NCBI RefSeq assembly: GCF_026008515.1 | Contig: NZ_BQYM01000007.1 | Span: 196,067 to 220,066 of the forward strand | DNA: 24,000 nucleotides | Direction: 5' to 3' | From: Lolliginicoccus levis | GTDB lineage: Bacteria; Actinomycetota; Actinomycetes; Mycobacteriales; Mycobacteriaceae | Shown here: positions 16,066-23,352 of the stretch, piece by piece | Layout: every line of letters begins with the position of its first letter | How positions within the stretch are numbered: the stretch's first letter is position 1 | Position numbers and translations under genes: made by a program | Notes under the pieces: generated by a model | Seen by the model: the letters and a program-made list of their open reading frames with translations, nothing else | Database searches by the model: none | What the model was told of the DNA's origin: nothing

Positions 16066-18222
16066 ATGGAATGGGAACGCATCAGTGACACTGGACAGAT
16101 CTGGCGCGTGCGCGTGCAACTCGTGGACCGGCCAGGAACCCTCTCGGCCCTCACCGCGCGCCTCTCCGCGCACGAGTGCAACCTGCTGGCGGTGACCGTC
16201 CTGCCCATATCGGGCAGTGACACCTCCGAGGCAAACGTCGTCGACGACTTCGTCCTTCGCGCCCCTGCCAGCATGACCGCGGATCACCTGCGCGAACTCG
16301 TGGAATCGGATTCCGTGACGTGCTGCGGGCTCACTGCGGGCAGCGTCAATGACCTCGTCGACCCCGAGACCACCTTGCTGCGCCTCGCTCGCGCTGCGTT
16401 TTCTGGAAAGATCACCATTCCCGAGGCGACCCGGCGATTGCTCGGCGCTGACTCGATGCAGCCCGTCGACCGCACCGCGCAGGCTCCCGAACAGGCCATG
16501 CTCGACGCCACGGGCCACATCGCCACCATCGCGACGGGAGGAAGCACAGCGCGATACACCCGAGCCTGGGCACCCTACGTCGATGGCGAGCTTGCCCGCG
16601 TCGAAGCGCTGCTCGAGCTCGTCGCGCCCGTACCGGAGACGGCTCGCAAGACGGAGGCTACCCGCGTTGCGCCCGTGGAGGCAGAAGCGCCAGAGGTGGA
16701 GATGCCGCCTGCCACCACGCTCGCCACGCCGCGGGTCCGCCAGCTCTCCAGCCTCGACGTCCAGTTCCTCAACGCCGAGACGCCCACTACCGTCATCCAC
16801 GTCGGCGGCCTGACCATCCTCGACCCCAGCGAGCTGCCCGGCGGGCTTCTGACCGCGCCCGCGCTCCGCGACGTCATCGCCAGCCGTCTCCACCTCGTGC
16901 CACCCCTGCGCTGGACTCTGCGCACCGTGCCCCTCGGCATCGACCTGCCCTACTGGGACGATCAGCAGCCCGTGGACCTGCACTACCACGTGCGCGCCAT
17001 CGACCTGCGCCACGAAGGCGACGGTTGCACGAGCGATGCGGCACTGCGCGAGCTGGTCTCCCGCCTCGACGCCACGCACCTCGACCGCAGCAAGCCGCTG
17101 TGGGAGGCCTATCTGATCACCGGCCTCGACGGCGGGCGCCAGGCCCTCTATACAAAGGTGCACCACGCCGTCATCGACGGAGTATCGGGCGCCGAGGTCA
17201 TGGCCGCGGTCATGGACCTCACTCCTGAGCCTTTCGCCGTGCCACCGAGCACAACCCACGGGCCCGAGTACCTCGCGCCCCGCGCTCTCCGGCTGCTCGG
17301 CCACACCGCCCGCCGCGCCGCCACCAAGCCCGCCCGCCTCGCCCGCGCCGCCCGCACCATCGCGCCCCATATCGCCGACGTGCCCGGCATCATGGCACTG
17401 CCCGGTGCTGATCGAGTCGCGCGGGCAGCCAGCCGCAGCACCACGGGCGCGCAGCCCGAGCGGCCCGGTGCCCCGCCCATGACGCCGTTCAACCGGCGCA
17501 TCACCGCGCGCCGCAGCATTGCCACCACCAGCATTCCACTCGCCGACATCAAGACCGCCAAGAACGCCTGGGGATGCACCGTCAACGACATCGTCATGGC
17601 ACTGTGCACCACCGCCATCCGCCGGTGGCTCAGCGACAACGATGCGCTGCCCGCCAAGCCGATCGTCGCCTCCATGCCTGTCTCCGTCCGCACCGCCGAG
17701 CAACACGGCACCGCCGGCAACCAGATCGGTTTCATGCCCACGATCCTGCCCACCCATGAGCCCGACGCGGCCCAGCGCATCACCCACCTCACCCACGGCA
17801 TCGCGGCCGCCAAGCAACGATTCGCCGACGCGCCCGCCACCCTCCTGCACCATGCGACCGAGGCGCTCCCGCAGTTCCTCCACGGCGTCGCTTCCCGCGC
17901 CGTCTTCGCCACCGCTGGCGTCGCCGCGCCCCCGTTCAACCTGCTCATCTCCAATGTGCCCGGTCCGCAGATGCCGCTCTACGTCGCCGGGGCCAAGGTG
18001 CTGCACAACTACCCCGTCTCCGTCATCTCCGACTTCACGGGCGGGCTCAACATCACCGTCATGTCCTACAACGGCAACATCGACTTCGGGCTCGTCACCT
18101 GCCCCGACCTCATCCCCGACATCGACACCCTCGCTCGCCACCTCCATGACGCGATGGCCGAGATCCTCCAGCTTGCTGCCGTCGGTGCGTCGGGAGCGGC
18201 GGCTGGGGCGCGGGTGCGCTGA
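16066..18222 (+). CDS. Wax ester synthase/diacylglycerol acyltransferase (WS/DGAT) with a 225-aa N-terminal extension containing an ACT-like domain
   Basis: This is a single 718-aa ORF. Residues from about 226 onward (LSSLDVQFLNAETPTTVIHVGGLTILD...) are WS/DGAT, with the catalytic HHAVIDG at nt 17161-17181. Residues about 12-80 (WRVRVQLVDRPGTLSALTARLSAHECNLLAVTVLP...DDFVLRAP) look like an ACT beta-alpha-beta-beta-alpha-beta fold. An alternative internal start lies at ATG 16702, after GAGGTGGAG. Confidence 0.75.
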   Translation: MEWERISDTGQIWRVRVQLVDRPGTLSALTARLSAHECNLLAVTVLPISGSDTSEANVVDDFVLRAPASMTADHLRELVESDSVTCCGLTAGSVNDLVDPETTLLRLARAAFSGKITIPEATRRLLGADSMQPVDRTAQAPEQAMLDATGHIATIATGGSTARYTRAWAPYVDGELARVEALLELVAPVPETARKTEATRVAPVEAEAPEVEMPPATTLATPRVRQLSSLDVQFLNAETPTTVIHVGGLTILDPSELPGGLLTAPALRDVIASRLHLVPPLRWTLRTVPLGIDLPYWDDQQPVDLHYHVRAIDLRHEGDGCTSDAALRELVSRLDATHLDRSKPLWEAYLITGLDGGRQALYTKVHHAVIDGVSGAEVMAAVMDLTPEPFAVPPSTTHGPEYLAPRALRLLGHTARRAATKPARLARAARTIAPHIADVPGIMALPGADRVARAASRSTTGAQPERPGAPPMTPFNRRITARRSIATTSIPLADIKTAKNAWGCTVNDIVMALCTTAIRRWLSDNDALPAKPIVASMPVSVRTAEQHGTAGNQIGFMPTILPTHEPDAAQRITHLTHGIAAAKQRFADAPATLLHHATEALPQFLHGVASRAVFATAGVAAPPFNLLISNVPGPQMPLYVAGAKVLHNYPVSVISDFTGGLNITVMSYNGNIDFGLVTCPDLIPDIDTLARHLHDAMAEILQLAAVGASGAAAGARVR

Positions 18223-18273
18223 GAGTGGTGTTGCCGTCGCGGGGAGCGGCGCGCGGCGTGGTGCCGGGGAGCG

Positions 18274-18325
18274 GCGCTGGGGGTATGGCGCTGGGTGCCG
18301 CGCTGGGGGCATGGCGCTAGGTGCA
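18274..18325. repeat. Two tandem copies of a 26-bp G-rich unit
   Basis: GCGCTGGGGGTATGGCGCTGGGTGCC (18274-18299) and GCGCTGGGGGCATGGCGCTAGGTGCA (18300-18325) share 23/26 positions. They are preceded by a duplicated GGGGAGCGGCGC at 18241 and 18266. Confidence 0.6.
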
Positions 18326-18382
18326 GCGCGTCGATTTCCACACCCGGCGCAACGGCTGCTAAAGTTCCACACGACACAACCT

Positions 18383-18458
18383 GGGGCTATAGCGCAGTTG
18401 GTAGCGCGTCTCGTTCGCATCGAGAAGGTCGGGGGTTCGATTCCCCCTAGCTCCACCA
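18383..18458 (+). tRNA. tRNA-Ala (anticodon CGC), CCA encoded
   Basis: The sequence folds by hand into a cloverleaf: acceptor GGGGCTA/TAGCTCC with G3:U70, D-arm GCGC/GCGC, anticodon arm TCTCG-TTCGCAT-CGAGA, and T-arm GGGGG-TTCGATT-CCCCC. The total is 76 nt. Confidence 0.95.
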
Positions 18459-18467
18459 GTGTCAACG

Positions 18468-18517
18468 CAGGCCAGGGCCGTTCCGGTGATGAACCGGGGC
18501 GGTCCTGGCCTGTTTTT
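18468..18517 (+). terminator. Intrinsic terminator after tRNA-Ala
   Basis: CAGGCCAGGGCCG pairs with CGGTCCTGGCCTG at 12/13 positions and is followed by GTTTTT (18512-18517). Confidence 0.7.
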
Positions 18518-18540
18518 GTGCGCTAGTGGGGAGCTCCGGG

Positions 18541-18651
18541 GCCTTCTGGGTGAATCTGCCAGCTGATGTCACTCGACACGCCGCGACACGCTCCCGCATG
18601 CGTGACATGAGCTAGCAGATTTTGCGGGGACGGGCGCTCGGAGTTCGAGTC
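18541..18651 (+). repeat. Hairpin-repeat copy A (69-nt core 18553-18621, plus flanks shared with copy B)
   Basis: The left arm AATCTGCCAGCTGATGTCAC, a 29-nt loop and the right arm GTGACATGAGCTAGCAGATT pair at 18/20 positions. By hand alignment it is about 88% identical to copy B over 111 nt (13 substitutions and one 2-nt indel). Confidence 0.85.
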
Positions 18652-18693
18652 CGCCAACCGATGCAAGTAGGCGAATCGCGTAGCGTCGACGAT

Positions 18694-19188
18694 ATGGGCA
18701 CAGCACAGCATTCCCAGGAACCGTCGCTGCCAGCACGACCAACGGGCTTGCGCAGGCTCGCGTTCCGGCTGCCGATCATGCTGTACAAGCTCCGGCTCGG
18801 CTTTGTCCTCGGGGAACGGTTCATCCTGCTGCGCCACACGGGGCGCAAGTCCGGGCGGCTCCATGAAACGGTAGTGGAGGTCGTGGCGCACGATCCCGAC
18901 GAGGGCTCGTGGACCGTCGCGGCTGGATTCGGTCCGAAGACTGATTGGTACCGCAATCTGAGGAAGCAGCCAGACACTACGGTTCAGGTTGGCAACCGGG
19001 AGTTCCCCGTGGTGGCAACATTTCCCGACGAGGAGACCGGCGGCGAGATCATGGTCCGGTATGCCCATGCCCACCCAGCAGCTGCTAAGCGGAGCACTGC
19101 CTTCCTCGGGCATTCAGGCGACGCAACCCCAGAGGGGTATCGGCGGCTCGGTCATGCGATCCCGTTCGCAATCTTCAAGCCCGTCTAG
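18694..19188 (+). CDS. Nitroreductase-family deazaflavin (F420)-dependent oxidoreductase, Ddn/DUF385-like
   Basis: The ATG at 18694 gives 164 aa. ...LGERFILLRHTGRKSGRLHETVVEVVAHDPDEGSWTVAAGFGPKTDWYRNLRKQPDTTVQVGNREFPVVA...YAHAHPAAA matches the PF04075-type pattern (LLTHxGRxSGxxRxTxL...SDWYxNL...V.VG). Confidence 0.7.
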   Translation: MGTAQHSQEPSLPARPTGLRRLAFRLPIMLYKLRLGFVLGERFILLRHTGRKSGRLHETVVEVVAHDPDEGSWTVAAGFGPKTDWYRNLRKQPDTTVQVGNREFPVVATFPDEETGGEIMVRYAHAHPAAAKRSTAFLGHSGDATPEGYRRLGHAIPFAIFKPV

Positions 19189-19410
19189 CAAGGCTTGCAG
19201 TCGTTGGCGGCTCCAGCGCGACAGTGCGGATGCGTGAGCTGCGCCGGTGACATCCTCTGAGATCGCCTTGCGCGGGGCATGGGCGCTCCGGTCGCGCTCG
19301 CGGATTGCTGGTTCAGCGGCGCGCGATGCTGCTATCCCACCTGCCCGCCACTGCGGCTAGCCGGGTGCTAGCAACATGGTGGCTCGTTGCGGCCCCGCTG
19401 TTTGTGGGTG

Positions 19411-19523
19411 GCCCCTTCTGGGTGAATCAGCTAGCTGATGTCACTCGACACGCCGAGACACGTGCCCGCCTGCGTGACATTAGCTAGCAGATTTCGAGGG
19501 GACGGACGCCCGGAGTGCGAGAC
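19411..19523 (+). repeat. Hairpin-repeat copy B (69-nt core 19425-19493, plus flanks shared with copy A)
   Basis: The left arm AATCAGCTAGCTGATGTCAC, a 29-nt loop and the right arm GTGACATTAGCTAGCAGATT form 18 Watson-Crick pairs plus 1 G:T out of 20. It ends 38 nt before the kinase start codon. Confidence 0.85.
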
Positions 19524-19531
19524 TGGGCGTC

Positions 19532-20713
19532 GTGAATATTGCTAGCCAAGCCACGGATTGGTGGCGTGCCCGCTCGCCGGTGGAGCGCATCACCGTCTAC
19601 ATGGTGTGGCCGTGGTACCTGGTGCTCTGGATGCTTCCGCTGCTGTGGGTGGGAACGGCCTGGTTCGTCGCGCCGAGGCGGGATTGGTTGCTCTCCGCGC
19701 TGGTCATGGTGGTGCTGCTCGGCTTCGCAACAGTGGTGTTCCACGGCGGGATGCAGCAGCGCATCCACCCTGATTCGCCGGTGACGCGCGCGCCGTGGCG
19801 GTGGGCGACGGTGCTGCTTTTCGTGGCGGCCGTCCATTTCGCGGTGCTGGCAGTGGTGGGCGAGGGCGATGAGGACTGGGTGCTCGCGCATTTCTGGAGC
19901 GGCATCTTCGTCGTGGCGATCGCGCTGGGGCCATTGTTGCGGCAGCGCATGGCCGCTGTGGTGGGCCTGGTGGGCGCGGTCGCGGCCTTCGTCGTGGCGG
20001 GAACGGTTGGTTTGGCGGTCGCGGCAGCGGTGCTGGCGCTGGTGATGGTGCTGCTGGTGCATTCGACGCTGTGGCCGATCGATGTGATGCGGCAGCTCGA
20101 GGAATCCCGCGCGCGGGAGGCGGCGCTGTCGGTGGCGGAGGAGCGGCTGCGGTTCTCCCGGGACGTGCATGACGTGGTGGGGCGCGCCCTATCGACGATC
20201 GCCATCAAGTCGGAGCTGGCGGCGAAACTCGCGGATCGGGGTGATCCAGCGTCGGCGGCGCAGATGCGCGAGGTGGAGGGCATCGCGCACGAGTCGCTGC
20301 GGAGCGTGCGGGAGCTCGTCCGCGGGTACCGGACGATCGATCTGGACAGGGAGGTCCGGGGGGCTCGCGAGCTCCTCGAATCCGCCGGCATCACAACGAC
20401 CGTCGAGGGCGGATCCCAAAATGTTCCGGACCTTGTGCGGGAATCCGCGGCGTGGGTGGTGCGCGAGGCAGTGACGAACATCCTGCGGCACTCGCACGCC
20501 GGTAGCTGCCGCATCGTCATCGGGGTGGAAGGCGTGGCCATCACCAACGATGGCGCGGCCGCAGGGTCGCGGGCCACCGAGGGAGTCGGGCTGACGGGAC
20601 TGCGCGAGCGCCTGGCTACCGTGGGTGGAGAACTGTCCATCCGGCGCAGCGAGAACGAGTTCACAGTCGCGGCCCGGTTCCCCGGCTCCCGCTCGATGGG
20701 GGAGGCGCGATGA
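19532..20713 (+). CDS. Sensor histidine kinase, HisKA_3 (DesK/NarX-like), multi-TM intramembrane-type N-terminus
   Basis: 393 aa with about 5-6 TM segments and no sizeable extracytoplasmic loop. It has the H-box LRFSRDVHDVVGRALS, the N-box REAVTNILRHS and the G-box GVGLTGLRERL. The GTG start is uncertain. Confidence 0.8.
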   Translation: MNIASQATDWWRARSPVERITVYMVWPWYLVLWMLPLLWVGTAWFVAPRRDWLLSALVMVVLLGFATVVFHGGMQQRIHPDSPVTRAPWRWATVLLFVAAVHFAVLAVVGEGDEDWVLAHFWSGIFVVAIALGPLLRQRMAAVVGLVGAVAAFVVAGTVGLAVAAAVLALVMVLLVHSTLWPIDVMRQLEESRAREAALSVAEERLRFSRDVHDVVGRALSTIAIKSELAAKLADRGDPASAAQMREVEGIAHESLRSVRELVRGYRTIDLDREVRGARELLESAGITTTVEGGSQNVPDLVRESAAWVVREAVTNILRHSHAGSCRIVIGVEGVAITNDGAAAGSRATEGVGLTGLRERLATVGGELSIRRSENEFTVAARFPGSRSMGEAR

Positions 20714-21333
20714 CCAGCAACGAGCGCGTGATCAAGGTCCTGCTCGCCGACGACGAGAACCTGATCCGCAGTGCCCTGGCCGCGATGCTGTCGCTCGAGG
20801 ATGATCTCAAGATCATCGCCGAGGCCGCCGACGGGACCGAGGCGCTGGCGAAGGCCCGTGCGCTGAGCCCCGATATCGCCGTGCTGGACCTGCAGATGCC
20901 AGGCCTCGACGGTGTGGAGCTCGCCGAGCTGCTCACGCGCGAAGTACCGGACTGCCGGACGATCATCGTCACCAGCCACGCCCGCCCCGGCTACCTCAAG
21001 CGGGCCCTCGCCGTGGGGGCGCGGGGGTTCCTCCCGAAGACCGCCACCGGAGCCACCCTGGCCGACGTCATCCGCCGCGTCGCCGATGGTGGCCGCTACG
21101 TGGACCCTGACCTTGCCGCGGATGCCATCAGCGCCGGTGACAGCCCGCTGACACCGCGTGAGGCCGATGTGCTCGACGCCGCGGCGGACGGCGCCCCGAT
21201 CGAGGAAGTGGCCCGCCGCGTCTCGCTCGCGGCGGGCACCACCCGCAACTACCTCTCCTCGGCGGTGACGAAGCTCGGTGCACGGAACCGTTTCGATGCC
21301 TGCACCATCGCCCGCCAGCGCGGCTGGATCTAG
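20710..21333 (+). CDS. NarL/LuxR-family response regulator
   Basis: The receiver domain is IKVLLADDENLIRSALAAML...IAVLDLQMPGLDG. The C-terminus is a LuxR HTH (LTPREADVLDAAADGAPIEEVARRVSLAAGTTRNYLSSAVTKLGARNR). There is an ATGA overlap with the kinase stop. Confidence 0.88.
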   Translation: MTSNERVIKVLLADDENLIRSALAAMLSLEDDLKIIAEAADGTEALAKARALSPDIAVLDLQMPGLDGVELAELLTREVPDCRTIIVTSHARPGYLKRALAVGARGFLPKTATGATLADVIRRVADGGRYVDPDLAADAISAGDSPLTPREADVLDAAADGAPIEEVARRVSLAAGTTRNYLSSAVTKLGARNRFDACTIARQRGWI

Positions 21334-21336
21334 GAC

Positions 21337-22119
21337 CTACGCGCGCGGCTCCCACCGCCACGTTGCCCGTGCAAGCCACAGGCCAGCACCGATCCACACC
21401 ACGGTGGACAGCACATCCACCAGGACGATCGGCATGCCCAGCGCGGCCGGAGCAGAGGCGAGATCCGCGCCCATGCCGCGGGCGAGCAGGTCCGCGACGC
21501 CAGAGAACGGTGCCAGCAGCAGCCACGATCGTGCCTCGGCCTCGATCAACGGCTGCAACGCGAGCGTCGGGAACGCCACGCTCACCAGCAGCACCGGGAT
21601 CGTGGTGAACTGCACCGACGCAGCGCTCGTGGAGAACGCGCCCGTCGCGATGCCACCAATGATGCTCAGCATCACTACGCCCACCAGGCCCGCCAGCAGC
21701 AGAGCCCAGCTCTCGGGCGCCGGTGCGCCCAGCAGCGTGAAGGCACCCAGCACGAGCGCGCCCACGACCATACCGATCACCAGGTACGGCGCGGCGAGAG
21801 CCAGCACCATCTGCACCGGCGACAGCTCCGTGGTGCGCAACGCCTTGAACACATGGGACTCGCGGCGCACCGCGATCACGATCGCCAGCGCCGAGGCCAC
21901 CGACATCGTCACCAGCACCGGCGTGGTCGACGCGACCATCGTGCCCCACACCGCGCGATCGTCAGACTCCACGACCGTCGCCAGCAGGATCGCCATGACC
22001 GGGCCGAACGCCAGCATCGCCAGCACCATCCGCTGCTTGAATGTGTAGCGGACCTCGAACAGTGACATCCGGGCAACCCGCTTCGCCGGGCTCAGTGGGG
22101 CTATTGTTTGCGAGCTCAT
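21337..22119 (-). CDS. ABC-2 type transporter permease
   Basis: 260 aa with 6 TM segments and an ABC-2 topology. There is an ATGA overlap with the upstream ATPase gene. Its stop lies 3 nt from the response-regulator stop. Confidence 0.75.
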   Translation of the reverse strand: MSSQTIAPLSPAKRVARMSLFEVRYTFKQRMVLAMLAFGPVMAILLATVVESDDRAVWGTMVASTTPVLVTMSVASALAIVIAVRRESHVFKALRTTELSPVQMVLALAAPYLVIGMVVGALVLGAFTLLGAPAPESWALLLAGLVGVVMLSIIGGIATGAFSTSAASVQFTTIPVLLVSVAFPTLALQPLIEAEARSWLLLAPFSGVADLLARGMGADLASAPAALGMPIVLVDVLSTVVWIGAGLWLARATWRWEPRA

Positions 22120-23036
22120 GCCTGACCTCCTGCGATCTGATGGAAAACCTCATCGAGCGAAGCGGGATTGGCGCGGATCATCCCGAGCTCCACCCCCGCC
22201 TCGTCGGCCTGCTGCAACAGCCACAGCATCGACCGCTGCTGGTCCGCTGCCTCCACCACCACCGTCGGCTTGCCGCGCTGATCACCGACCGTGATCGACA
22301 CGCCCGCAGGCGGTCTCGGGCACCACCCGGGCGGCGCGGAAACCACCTCCGCCACCACGCGCGCCGGACGGCTCGCCAGCACCTCCTCCAGCGTCCCCTC
22401 CACGGCGAGCACGCCCTCATGCACGATGCCGACCCGGTCAGCGAGCTGCTCCGCCTCCTCCAGGTAGTGCGTCGTCAACAGCACCGTCGACCCCGCCGCC
22501 TTCAGATCACCAATGACCCGCCACATTCGCTTGCGCGATTCCGGATCCAGGCCGGTCGTCGGCTCATCCAGGATGATCAGCTCCGGGCTGCCCCACATCG
22601 CCAGCGCCAGATCCAGCCGACGCCGCTCGCCACCCGACAAGCTCTGCACCGCAGTGCCCGTCTTGTGCGCGAGATCCACGCGCTCGAGCACCCGTGCGGC
22701 ATCATCGCGCCGCGACGACAAGCCAGCATGCAGGTTCACCGTCTCCCGCACCGAGATCTCGCCGAAGTGACCACCCTGCTGCAGCACCACGCCAGTCCCG
22801 CGCCGCACCACATCAGGCTGCTCCCGCGGATCGCGCCCGAACACCCGGACAGAACCACCCGACCGATGCCGGAAACCCTGCACCGTCTCGAGAGTGGTCG
22901 TCTTGCCCGCGCCATTCGTGCCCAGCAGCGCGAAGCACTCGCCGCGCACCGCCCCGAACGAAACGCCGCGGACCGCCAGGAAGTCGCCATACCGGCACTC
23001 CAGCGAATCCACCTCCACAACCAGTTCACTGTTCAT
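22116..23036 (-). CDS. ABC transporter ATP-binding protein (DrrA/ABC-2 exporter type)
   Basis: It has Walker A GTNGAGKTT, the signature LSGGERRRL, Walker B LIILDEPTTGLD and the H-loop TTHYLEE. A C-terminal extension of about 80 aa is present. Confidence 0.9.
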   Translation of the reverse strand: MNSELVVEVDSLECRYGDFLAVRGVSFGAVRGECFALLGTNGAGKTTTLETVQGFRHRSGGSVRVFGRDPREQPDVVRRGTGVVLQQGGHFGEISVRETVNLHAGLSSRRDDAARVLERVDLAHKTGTAVQSLSGGERRRLDLALAMWGSPELIILDEPTTGLDPESRKRMWRVIGDLKAAGSTVLLTTHYLEEAEQLADRVGIVHEGVLAVEGTLEEVLASRPARVVAEVVSAPPGWCPRPPAGVSITVGDQRGKPTVVVEAADQQRSMLWLLQQADEAGVELGMIRANPASLDEVFHQIAGGQA

Positions 23037-23153
23037 GACACTTATCGTCTTCGGTTGCCGGGTTTCGCAGTAGAGCAGCGCATCACGAGAAAGTGGGAGG
23101 AATGCACGGGCGAGGCGTGACAGGTGTCATGGGGTGGGGGTGTGCCGTGCGCG

Positions 23154-23222
23154 AATTTGCTAGCTGATGTCACGCGACACGCCGCGACACGGTCTGTTTG
23201 GCGTGACATTAGCTAGCAGATG
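23154..23222 (+). repeat. Hairpin-repeat copy C (69-nt core)
   Basis: The left arm AATTTGCTAGCTGATGTCAC, a 29-nt loop and the right arm GTGACATTAGCTAGCAGATG form 17 Watson-Crick pairs plus 2 G:T out of 20. It matches copy B at 56/69 positions, and 8 of the 13 differences lie in the 3' part of the loop. Confidence 0.85.
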
Positions 23223-23352
23223 CTGGGGGCAGGTGAGCGGGGAGCCGGTCGGGCGCCTCATTTGTGACGCAGTCCACAGTGGAGTGATGGAACCATCGTC
23301 GCTCGGGTTGCGTCCTACTTCCCAAGGCGATTGCTGGCGACGACCAAAGGGG

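Noticed and set aside
16024-18465. An 813-aa ORF on the minus strand spanning the whole WS/DGAT gene and running through tRNA-Ala.
   Set aside because: This is a shadow ORF of a high-GC gene. The translation is Arg/Gly/Ala/Pro/His-rich with no recognisable motif. It overlaps a tRNA and a plus-strand ORF that carries clear catalytic motifs (HHAVIDG).
19305-19487. A 60-aa ORF ending in the hairpin repeat, and the idea that the repeats encode a conserved peptide. In frame, copies A, B and C read ...ADVTRHA[A/E]TR...RD[I/M]S-TAG, and the Arg codon after ACA is CGC/CGT/CGG/CGA in the four copies.
   Set aside because: The peptide symmetry is a by-product of the palindromic arms, since the minus strand reads LA[N/H]VT...[S/R]DIS-TAG equally well. 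The variable Arg third base simply marks the edge of the conserved loop block. The A/B similarity upstream of TTCTGGGTGAAT differs by a 16-nt indel, so the frame is not preserved. Copy A has no plausible start and overlaps the tRNA terminator.
18383-19531. A classical tRNA-targeted integrative island (attL/attR duplication of the tRNA-Ala 3' end).
   Set aside because: No copy of the tRNA 3' end (GGTTCGATTCCCCCTAGCTCCACCA) was found downstream. Only a generic T-arm-like GGAGTTCGAGTCC occurs at 18641-18653, which is common to many tRNAs and is degenerate in copy B. There is no integrase or excisionase gene.
446-23120. Other long antisense or out-of-frame ORFs in the track: 446-1411(+), 4068-5054(-), 5955-7286(-), 7887-8846(-), 8581-9546(-), 12184-13263(-), 12999-13700(-), 19597-20979(-), 21128-21949(-) and 22041-23120(+).
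   Set aside because: Each lies opposite to or out of frame with a gene that has strong family signatures. Their translations are low-complexity R/P/G/H-rich strings typical of stop-codon-poor frames in 70% GC DNA.
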